DNA of 32,000 nucleotides from an uncultured Clostridia bacterium (GTDB lineage Bacteria; Bacillota; Clostridia; TANB77; CAG-508): positions 154,817 through 186,816 of the forward strand of contig CAKPDR010000001.1 of assembly GCA_934149075.1 (NCBI GenBank), read 5' to 3'. Both the position numbers and the translations under genes were made by a program. Below are positions 18,014-25,288 of the stretch, in pieces (within the stretch, counting starts at the first letter, position 1; the number at the start of each line of letters is the position of its first letter). Below the pieces are notes generated by a model. That model searched no databases. It was not told the origin of the DNA and worked only from the letters and a program-made list of their open reading frames with translations.

Positions 18014-18808
18014 ATGCTAAATTTTTGTAGTTTATATAGTGGTAGTAGTGGTAATAGTTTATTTGTTGAAACTGAGAATACTAAAATTTTAATAGATGCA
18101 GGTATGAGCTGTAAAAAAATTGAAGAAGCATTAAAATTAATTGAAGTAAATCCATCTTCAATTAATGCAATTTTAGTAACACATGAGCATTCAGATCATG
18201 TTAAAGGAATATCAACAATTTCACGAAAATTCGATATTCCTGTTTTTTCTACCAAAGAAACATTTGAAGCAATGCCTACACAAACAGAAAAAATCTCTGA
18301 AAATAATATAAATTATTTTAATCTTTCAGAAAAATTTTATATAAATGACCTAGGAATACTTCCTTTTAGTATTCCTCATGATGCTGCAAATCCTTGCGGA
18401 TTTAATATTATTAAAGATAATGAACATCAAATTAGTATTGCAACAGATATTGGTCATATGACAAAATCTATTGTTAATCATTTGGAAGGTAGTGAATTTA
18501 TTTTACTAGAATCTAATTATGATACAGAGGTCTTAAAATGTTGTTCATATCCATATAGACTAAAATCTCGTATAGCTGGTGAAACTGGACATTTATCTAA
18601 TAATATGGCTGGAAAAACTATCTCTTATTTATTAAAAAATAGTAACTTAAATACTGCAATGCTTGGACATTTAAGTAAAGAAAGTAACTTTCCTGAACTT
18701 GCATATCAGACAGTAATTGATGAAGTGATTTCAAGTCATTCTGATAATGCTCAATTAAATCTATCAGTAGCTAATAGAGAGTGTCCTAGTAAATTAATAA
18801 CTTTATAA
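18014..18808 (+). CDS. MBL-fold metallo-hydrolase (YycJ/WalJ-like)
   Basis: SGSSGNS...LIDAG followed by the VTHEHSDH metal-binding motif. 264 aa. Confidence 0.85.
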   Translation: MLNFCSLYSGSSGNSLFVETENTKILIDAGMSCKKIEEALKLIEVNPSSINAILVTHEHSDHVKGISTISRKFDIPVFSTKETFEAMPTQTEKISENNINYFNLSEKFYINDLGILPFSIPHDAANPCGFNIIKDNEHQISIATDIGHMTKSIVNHLEGSEFILLESNYDTEVLKCCSYPYRLKSRIAGETGHLSNNMAGKTISYLLKNSNLNTAMLGHLSKESNFPELAYQTVIDEVISSHSDNAQLNLSVANRECPSKLITL

Positions 18809-18813
18809 TGATT

Positions 18814-18983
18814 TTGTAAAAGGAATAATCTGGAACTAATTAAAGAGAAACATAGTAATTTAAAAATTATATTTAGGTTTAGGGGGCCTGAATTTAGTTT
18901 TTTATATAATTCACAATATTTCAAAAAAAGGGTTTATTTCATAATAGTTCAAATGGGGGAAAAGTAGATTATTCCCTTTACAA
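18814..18983. repeat. 170-bp element bounded by 18-bp inverted repeats and flanked by GATT direct repeats (MITE-like element or structured ncRNA)
   Basis: TTGTAAAAGGAATAATCT (18814-18831) against AGATTATTCCCTTTACAA (18966-18983) is complementary at 17 of 18 positions. GATT immediately flanks both ends. The interior has nested complementarity (GAACTAATTA/TAATAGTTC; AATTATAT/ATATAATT). Confidence 0.5.
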
Positions 18984-19122
18984 GATTAAAAACTTTATAA
19001 TAAAAAATTTTTGAATTAATTATTGATTCAATCGATTTAACATAATCTTACAATACAATTTTCATTTTGTCAATAACCTTTCTAAAAAAACATGAAAAAT
19101 CGTTCGACTTTTTTCGACAAAC

Positions 19123-19186
19123 AGAACAAAGCGACATAGTCGCCCTTTGTTCTTGCCCAATTTGAGTTTTCGACTGAAAAGAAAAT
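19123..19186 (+). repeat. Intergenic hairpin-containing repeat, copy B
   Basis: AGAACAAAGCGACATAGTCGCCCTTTGTTCTTGCCCAATTTGAGTTTTCGACT, 49 of 53 identical to copy A and in the same orientation. It lies just downstream of spmB. Confidence 0.75.
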
Positions 19187-19201
19187 CTATTCTAATTCTC
19201 C

Positions 19202-19735
19202 TTACCAATAAAAAATAGTTTTACAAATCACCAAAGAAACAATTATACCTGTCAAATCTGCAGCTAAAGCTGCAATCAAAATTCCTCTTGTATTTTTTAT
19301 CTTTACAGAACTGGTATACACAGCTATTGTATATAAAGTTGTTTCAGTTGATCCCATTATAACAGAAGCTAATATACCAACAAAAGAATCTGCTCCATTG
19401 TTTTTTATTATGTCTGTTGCTACAGCCATAGAAGCACCTCCTGAAATTGGTCTTAAAAGAGTAAGTGGAACTACTTCTTTAGGAAATTTTATTAAATATA
19501 ACACTGGAGAAATTAATCTAGTAATAAAATCTATAATTCCAGAGCTTCTCAACATTCCGATTGCCATAAATAAACCTATTAATGTTGGAAAAATTTTCAA
19601 GGTTATTCTTACTCCATCAATCCCACCTTTTAAGAAAATGTCAAAAACATTCTTTCTTTCATTAATCGCCTCAAAGATAATTATTAATATTATCAGTGGC
19701 ATTGCAATAATTGAAATATAATTAATAAATTTCAT
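19202..19735 (-). CDS. spmB: Spore maturation protein B
   Basis: 177-aa polytopic membrane protein immediately downstream of spmA, with the nucleoside-transporter-like fold typical of SpmB (LRPISGGASMAVA). Confidence 0.8.
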   Translation of the reverse strand: MKFINYISIIAMPLIILIIIFEAINERKNVFDIFLKGGIDGVRITLKIFPTLIGLFMAIGMLRSSGIIDFITRLISPVLYLIKFPKEVVPLTLLRPISGGASMAVATDIIKNNGADSFVGILASVIMGSTETTLYTIAVYTSSVKIKNTRGILIAALAADLTGIIVSLVICKTIFYW

Positions 19736-19773
19736 ATATCATTATTATATAATAATTTATATAATTTCTCCTT

Positions 19774-20355
19774 TCATTTTTTCGTACATCTAATAATAAT
19801 TTTACAACAAATAATACCCACAATAGCTGCACAAATTGTGGATAACCACACTGGAAAAATTATTTGCGTTGGGTTATTTGATCCAAGAGAACTTCTAATC
19901 GAAATAACTGTAGTTGGAATAATTTGTAAAGACGCTGTATTTAAAACAATTAACATCATCATATTATCACTTAAAGTTTCTTTATCCTTATTTTCATTTT
20001 GTAATTCATTCATTGCTTTTAAGCCCAATGGAGTCGCAGCATTTCCTAACCCTAATATATTAGCAACAATATTCATTATAATATTATCATAAGATTTATT
20101 ACTTAACATTATATCTGGAAATATTTTTCTTACAATTGGATTTAATGCTTTTGTTAAATAATTTAAAATATTAGTATTGGAAGCAATTTCCATTATTCCA
20201 CTCCAAAGACAAGTCATTCCTATTAAAGTCAAAGTTAAACTGACCGCACTTTCAGTTGATTCAAAAATTGATTTATTAAGACTATCTAAATTTCCAGAAA
20301 AAATTGCATAAATTATTGATATTATTATAAAAACGGGCCATAATATATTTAGCAT
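19774..20355 (-). CDS. spmA: Spore maturation protein A
   Basis: MLNILWPVFIIISIIYAIFSG...IVANILGLGNAATPLGLKAM, nucleoside-recognition (Gate) domain. GGAGGAG RBS. Confidence 0.85.
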   Translation of the reverse strand: MLNILWPVFIIISIIYAIFSGNLDSLNKSIFESTESAVSLTLTLIGMTCLWSGIMEIASNTNILNYLTKALNPIVRKIFPDIMLSNKSYDNIIMNIVANILGLGNAATPLGLKAMNELQNENKDKETLSDNMMMLIVLNTASLQIIPTTVISIRSSLGSNNPTQIIFPVWLSTICAAIVGIICCKIIIRCTKK

Positions 20356-20432
20356 TTCTCCTCCTTTTTATATTTATATTATAAAAATAAGTAAATTATA
20401 ACAAATTATTTTACAAATATTTGAAATTTTAA

Positions 20433-20461
20433 TTGACCATTTCCAATAATTATGCTATTAT
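20433..20461 (+). promoter_or_regulatory. Sigma-A-type promoter of abrB
   Basis: TTGACC-17 nt-TATTAT, 42 nt upstream of the abrB ATG. TAGCGAA/TTGATAA (20465-20479), just downstream, loosely resemble tandem Spo0A boxes (TGNCGAA). Confidence 0.5.
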
Positions 20462-20502
20462 ATATAGCGAATTGATAAAAAAATGTTTAAGGAGGACAAA
20501 TA

Positions 20503-20763
20503 ATGAAATCTACAGGAATTGTAAGAAAAGTTGATGAACTTGGAAGAGTTGTTATACCTATAGAAATAAGAAACAAATTTGATATTGCTGAAAAAGATCC
20601 AATAGAAATTTATGTTGACGGATCTACTATCATATTAAAAAAATATGAACCTAATTGTGTTTTTTGTGGAAATACAAAAAGTCTAATATCTTATAAAGAC
20701 AAATTAGTATGCTCAAAATGTGCAGAAAAACTTTCTAATTTTGAAAACAAAGATGAAGAATAA
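20503..20763 (+). CDS. abrB: Transition-state regulator AbrB
   Basis: MKSTGIVRKVDELGRVVIPIEIRNKFDIAEKD..IEIYVDG..IILKKYEP is nearly identical to the Bacillus/Clostridium AbrB N-terminal domain. It has the clostridial-type Cys-containing C-terminus (CVFCG...CSKC) and is adjacent to rsmI as in B. subtilis. Confidence 0.9.
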   Translation: MKSTGIVRKVDELGRVVIPIEIRNKFDIAEKDPIEIYVDGSTIILKKYEPNCVFCGNTKSLISYKDKLVCSKCAEKLSNFENKDEE

Positions 20764-20765
20764 TC

Positions 20766-20795
20766 AAAAAAGCGCTAAATTTAATTAGTGCTTTT
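20766..20795. terminator. Bidirectional intrinsic terminator between abrB and rsmI
   Basis: AAAAAGCGCTAAatttaaTTAGTGCTTTTT. Confidence 0.65.
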
Positions 20796-20796
20796 T

Positions 20797-21621
20797 CTAT
20801 TTAATAAATTTCATATATATTTCATTTTTATTTACATTTCTATCTTTAGCTATTTTTTTTATTATTTCTTTTTTATCATATCCTTGTTTTTCATAATATT
20901 TATAATGCTCTTCAATGCTTAAAAAATTTAATTCATTTTCTTCATTTTTTTCTTTTTTATTTCCTTCAATTATTAATATCATTTCACCTTTTAAATTGTC
21001 AATATTATCTAATAATTCATTAATATTTTTTCTAATAAATTCTTCATGAATTTTTGTCAATTCTCTTGATAAAACTATTTTTCTATCATTTATAACATCT
21101 TTTAAATCCTGTAATGTATTTTTCATTTTATGTGGCGCTTCATAAATTATAATAGTTTTTTCTGATTTTTTTATTTCTTCAAATTTTTCCTTTCTTAATT
21201 TTTTATTTAATGGTAAAAAACCCAAAAATAAAAATTCTGATGTATTTAATCCTGATACAATTAATGCATTTATTAGTGCGCATGCACCTGGTATTGGTAT
21301 AACTTCTATATTCTCTTCAATTGCCTTTTTTATAACTTCTTCACCTGGATCACATATTCCAGGTGTCCCCGCGTCAGAAACCAATGCAATATTTTCTCCA
21401 TTTTTTAATTTTTCTATTAATATATTACTTTTTATATCTTCATTGTGTCTATGATAACTTATTAATGGTTTTGATATTTCAAAATGATTTAATAATTTTA
21501 ATGTTTGCCTTGTATCCTCAGCAGCAATCAAATCCACTTCTTTTAAAATTCTAAGTGCTCTTAATGTTATATCTTCTAAATTTCCTATTGGTGTTGCAAC
21601 TATATATAATTTTCCATTCAT
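20797..21621 (-). CDS. rsmI: 16S rRNA (cytidine1402-2'-O)-methyltransferase
   Basis: GKLYIVATPIGNLEDITLRALRILKEVDLIAAEDTR..T..LL and LVSDAGTPGICDPG. The RBS supports ATG 21621 rather than 21663. Confidence 0.9.
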   Translation of the reverse strand: MNGKLYIVATPIGNLEDITLRALRILKEVDLIAAEDTRQTLKLLNHFEISKPLISYHRHNEDIKSNILIEKLKNGENIALVSDAGTPGICDPGEEVIKKAIEENIEVIPIPGACALINALIVSGLNTSEFLFLGFLPLNKKLRKEKFEEIKKSEKTIIIYEAPHKMKNTLQDLKDVINDRKIVLSRELTKIHEEFIRKNINELLDNIDNLKGEMILIIEGNKKEKNEENELNFLSIEEHYKYYEKQGYDKKEIIKKIAKDRNVNKNEIYMKFIK

Positions 21622-21785
21622 TTTTATTTTCCTCTCATTTTTTATTTTTATATATTTTATCACATTTCTATTATTTTTAAAATATTTTTATTTAATTATT
21701 TAATAATCATAAAACTTTTTTATTTAATTTTTCATATAATAGAACAAACAAGAAAATTTAGAATATATTAATGGAGTGTGATTTT

Positions 21786-22076
21786 ATGCCTAATTTTTAT
21801 AGAAATACTTATTATAATAATTATTATTCAAAAAAAAATTATCCCAATATTATTCCTCAAAATTATCGCTCATCTCAACACAACAATACTCATCTAGCCG
21901 GTGTTCCAAAACCACCATGCCATCCTCCAAAAAAGAAAGGTCCACCCCCTAAGAAAAAATTTAATTTTAAATCATTAAAAAAAGACACATGTACATCTTT
22001 AAATGATGTTGAATGTTTTTTAAATAAATTTAGTGATTTTCTAAGATATGTAAGAATAATTAATTTATTAAAATAA
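21786..22076 (+). CDS. Hypothetical low-complexity protein (Asn/Tyr-rich N-terminus, PPKKKGPPPKKK tract)
   Basis: An open frame of about 300 nt in very A/T-rich DNA, with TGGAGTG 7 nt before ATG 21786. No family assigned. A vague resemblance to YqfQ-type spore proteins is not supportable by eye. Confidence 0.4.
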   Translation: MPNFYRNTYYNNYYSKKNYPNIIPQNYRSSQHNNTHLAGVPKPPCHPPKKKGPPPKKKFNFKSLKKDTCTSLNDVECFLNKFSDFLRYVRIINLLK

Positions 22077-22166
22077 TATTATTAATTATTCTATTTTATT
22101 AAATAAATAATAAATAAATTAAATAAATAATAAATTTAATTTATTTATTATTTATTAATTAATTTT
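22055..22166. repeat. 112-nt tract with a single non-A/T base, containing direct and inverted AAATAAATAATAAAT units; convergent-gene terminator zone
   Basis: Only C22091 interrupts A/T. aaataaataataaattTAAtttatttattattt forms a palindrome between the convergent 21786-22076 and 22155-22688 genes. Confidence 0.5.
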
Positions 22167-22688
22167 CGTATAAATATCTGGTAATTTTTCATTTTGTTCT
22201 CCATTAATTAAAAATTTAACGGAATTAATTTCTTTTAAATTAGTTAATGTATTTACTATACTATTAATTATTTTTAATTTATTTTCATCATTTTCATAAT
22301 TTAAAAATTCATTTGACACATTAATAATTGCACATGATTTATCAATTTTTACATCATGAACAACAGTGCCATCAGGAATTAATTTTTTTAAATTGCTCCC
22401 TTGTGGTCCTTTAATTAATAAATTTATTAATTCTTTTTCCGGCTCTTTTATCAACATATTTGCATCCATTATTTTTACCTCTGTATATAACTCACCAGTT
22501 TCTATATTTTGAAAATACAATGTTACTTTGGTTTGTCTATTTTGTTCTTCTGATATCTCTTCCTGTGGTGTATACTCTTGATATTTATCCTCTTTATTCT
22601 TTTCTATGCTTACATTTTTATACACTAAAAAACCCAATATTATTATTAATATTAATGTTATTATAGCTATTAATTTTTTTCTTTTCAT
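22155..22688 (-). CDS. GerMN domain-containing (germination/sporulation GerM-like) membrane-anchored protein
   Basis: N-terminal TM helix/signal anchor. VTLYFQN.ETGELY.E...........PEKELINLLIKGPQGSNLKKLIPDGT, then IINVSNEF...IINSIVNTLTNLKEINSVKFLINGE, matches the GerMN pattern. Confidence 0.75.
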   Translation of the reverse strand: MKRKKLIAIITLILIIILGFLVYKNVSIEKNKEDKYQEYTPQEEISEEQNRQTKVTLYFQNIETGELYTEVKIMDANMLIKEPEKELINLLIKGPQGSNLKKLIPDGTVVHDVKIDKSCAIINVSNEFLNYENDENKLKIINSIVNTLTNLKEINSVKFLINGEQNEKLPDIYTKIN

Positions 22689-22765
22689 TTTTATTCCTCC
22701 TTGTCTACTTAATATTATTATTATTATTTATTTTTTAGAACTATTAATAATAAAATTTATTAAAT

Positions 22766-22798
22766 AAAAAAAACATAATATTTCTATCATGTTTTTTT
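22766..22798 (-). terminator. Intrinsic terminator after the ABC permease gene
   Basis: Minus strand reads aaaaaaacatgatagaaatattatgtttttttt: a stem followed by a U-run. Confidence 0.55.
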
Positions 22799-24491
22799 AA
22801 TTTATTTTTTTAAATAATTTATTTATATTTTTCTTTATTAAAATATTTAATATTAATAAAATAATAAATAATATTGCAATAATTATTGAAAAAGAAATAA
22901 TTATATTTACATTATCAAATATTCTCATAAAATATACAAACAATAAACAACTTATTATTGTTGTAACATATTGATATAATTTATTTCCATTATCCTTTAT
23001 TGCAGATGTTTCTGTTATCCAATTTAAATTAGGTTTTTTTAAATCAACCATAACCATTATAAAACTATTTATTATATTTAATATCGTTGCAATTAAAATT
23101 CCAACTAAATAATATAAAATGGATATATGAGATATGTTAATTGCAATTATAACAGCCATACCAATTACAGCAATTGTATTAATAAATACCTGTGGAATAT
23201 TTTTCCATATAAATTGTTTATATAATGATATCGGTATATATTTCATAACCATTGCATCTTTTCCATCTCTGGAAATTGCTGTAAGTGATAAATTTCCAAA
23301 TGTGAAAATTATTTGCATTCCAATCATTATTGTACACATACATTGTAATATAAAATTATTTATTCCTATTTCATTTATTATATCTTCTTCTCTAAAATTT
23401 TTTATTACAGATGGCATTAATAAATTAATAATTAATAATAAAATAAATATTATAAAAATATATTGAAAAACACATTGTGTAAAAAATGTTGGATTTTTTA
23501 TTATTTTTCTAAATTCATTCTTTATATATGATTTTTTTATTTTATTTTTTTTATATTTATTTTTTATTATTTTTTTATTATTTTTTCTTTTATTTATATA
23601 TGCAATATTTTTTAATAAATTATTTAAATATAATAATTTTCCAAAAAATAAAAATATAAAAAAAGAAATTACAGAAATTAAAATTAATTTAATTAAATTA
23701 ATTATTATATTATTTAATTTAATATTTGTTAATAAATTTATACAAGGATTTATTATTATAAAATAATTATTTAATTTATCTAATTTATTAGATAATATTT
23801 TTGTATTTAATTCTATATTTTCTAACTCTTTATTTTCACTCACTTCTACATTTATTATATTATTATTAAATATTGAATTTAATAAGTATGTAATACCTGA
23901 TGATAATACAAAAGATAAAAATAAAACAATTAATATTTGAAATACATCTTTATTTTTTATAAATTTTGTTAATTGCATTATAAATAACATTAATATACAA
24001 ATTATTATTATTAAAAATATTGGAAATAATATTAATACAAAAATCATCATTAAATAATAAATAATATTTCTTGTTGCTATTATTCCATACATTAATAAAG
24101 GTATTAACAAAAATAAAGTTTCCATTCCATAAGTTATACTTATTACATTATTAAATTTTGCAATCAATAATTCTATTGGTTTTATCGGAAGTGGTAATAT
24201 ATATTCCAAATCTTTTGAAAAGAAAAATACATTACTGCATATTAATATTGCTTGAAACATAAATATTGTCGCAATTATTGGCAAATATATTTTTAAAAAT
24301 AATATTGCTTGACCTTTATCATTTAACCAATTTATAAAATTATAACTCATAAATGTTATTGATAATACACTTATTATTAATAGCCATGTAAATGCGGATT
24401 TTTTATTAATTTTATTATTATTAAATATATTTAAATTTTGAAAATAATCTTTAATAAATATTTTCGATAATTCTATTATTTTTTTAATCAT
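22797..24491 (-). CDS. ABC exporter permease, multi-spanning (at least 10 TM segments), extremely A/T-rich
   Basis: A 1.7-kb uninterrupted ORF in DNA that is locally under 6% G+C, which cannot arise by chance given A/T-rich stop codons. Its start overlaps the ATPase stop (ATGATTAA). It has many hydrophobic segments and a poly-Lys/Asn loop (NKRKNNKKIIKNKYKKNKIKKSYIKN). Confidence 0.7.
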   Translation of the reverse strand: MIKKIIELSKIFIKDYFQNLNIFNNNKINKKSAFTWLLIISVLSITFMSYNFINWLNDKGQAILFLKIYLPIIATIFMFQAILICSNVFFFSKDLEYILPLPIKPIELLIAKFNNVISITYGMETLFLLIPLLMYGIIATRNIIYYLMMIFVLILFPIFLIIIICILMLFIMQLTKFIKNKDVFQILIVLFLSFVLSSGITYLLNSIFNNNIINVEVSENKELENIELNTKILSNKLDKLNNYFIIINPCINLLTNIKLNNIIINLIKLILISVISFFIFLFFGKLLYLNNLLKNIAYINKRKNNKKIIKNKYKKNKIKKSYIKNEFRKIIKNPTFFTQCVFQYIFIIFILLLIINLLMPSVIKNFREEDIINEIGINNFILQCMCTIMIGMQIIFTFGNLSLTAISRDGKDAMVMKYIPISLYKQFIWKNIPQVFINTIAVIGMAVIIAINISHISILYYLVGILIATILNIINSFIMVMVDLKKPNLNWITETSAIKDNGNKLYQYVTTIISCLLFVYFMRIFDNVNIIISFSIIIAILFIILLILNILIKKNINKLFKKIN

Positions 24492-25209
24492 TTTCTGTTA
24501 TCTCCATAAATAATTCTTCTAGTGATTTATTTTCTTTTAATTCATTTCTCATTTCTTCTAAAGTTCCAACAAATAATAATTTTCCTTTATTTATTATTCC
24601 TATTTTATCACATAATTTTTCTGCTACATCTAATATATGTGTTGAAAAAAATACACATTTATTTTGTTTTGTATTTTTTTTCATTATTTGTTTTAATTCA
24701 TATGTAGCTTTAGGGTCCAATCCTGTCATCGGTTCATCTATTATCCAATTTTTAGGCTCATGTAATAATGAGCCTATTATTACGATTTTTTGTCTCATTC
24801 CATGAGAATAACTCTGTATTTTATCATTTAATACATCATTTATTTCAAATAATTTTGTTAATTCTTCTATTTTTTGTTTTCTATCTTCTAAACCAACTTC
24901 ATATATATCTGCCAAAAAATTCAAATATTCTATTCCTTTTAATTTCAAAAACATATCCGGGTTATCTGGCACATATCCAAACTCTTTTTTTGTTTCAATC
25001 GGATTATTTATTATAGATTTATTATTTATTAAAATATCTCCTTCATCTATATCTAATATTCCTGTTATCATTTTTATTGTTGTTGATTTTCCTGCACCAT
25101 TGGGACCTAAAAATCCAAATATTTCTCCATCATTTATTTCTAAATTTAAGTTATCTATTATTTTATTTTTTTTGTCATATGATTTTGATACATTTTTTAT
25201 TGATATCAT
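24484..25209 (-). CDS. ABC transporter ATP-binding protein
   Basis: Walker A GPNGAGKST, signature YSHGMRQK, Walker B NWIIDEP. GGAGG RBS before ATG 25209. Confidence 0.9.
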   Translation of the reverse strand: MISIKNVSKSYDKKNKIIDNLNLEINDGEIFGFLGPNGAGKSTTIKMITGILDIDEGDILINNKSIINNPIETKKEFGYVPDNPDMFLKLKGIEYLNFLADIYEVGLEDRKQKIEELTKLFEINDVLNDKIQSYSHGMRQKIVIIGSLLHEPKNWIIDEPMTGLDPKATYELKQIMKKNTKQNKCVFFSTHILDVAEKLCDKIGIINKGKLLFVGTLEEMRNELKENKSLEELFMEITEND

Positions 25210-25242
25210 CTTGTACCTCCATTCTTTGTTATAGTATAACAT

Positions 25243-25275
25243 AAAAAGAGATAAATTTGAACAATTTATCTCTTC
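25243..25275 (-). terminator. Intrinsic terminator closing the T4SS channel operon
   Basis: Minus strand reads GAGAUAAAUU-guuca-AAUUUAUCUC-UUUUUAU, starting 14 nt after the 936-aa ORF stop. Confidence 0.65.
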
Positions 25276-25288
25276 TTTTATATTATTT

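Noticed and set aside
20503-20763. The AbrB-fold protein as a MazE/SpoVT-type antitoxin of a toxin-antitoxin pair
   Set aside because: The N-terminal 50 residues are nearly identical to bona fide AbrB. The gene keeps the abrB-rsmI synteny, has its own promoter and terminator, and has no adjacent toxin ORF.
22055-22166. A/T-only repeated tract as a possible CRISPR array or minisatellite
   Set aside because: The units are about 15 nt with no spacers, only two or three copies, partly palindromic, and lie between convergent genes. This is best explained as a terminator/low-complexity spacer.
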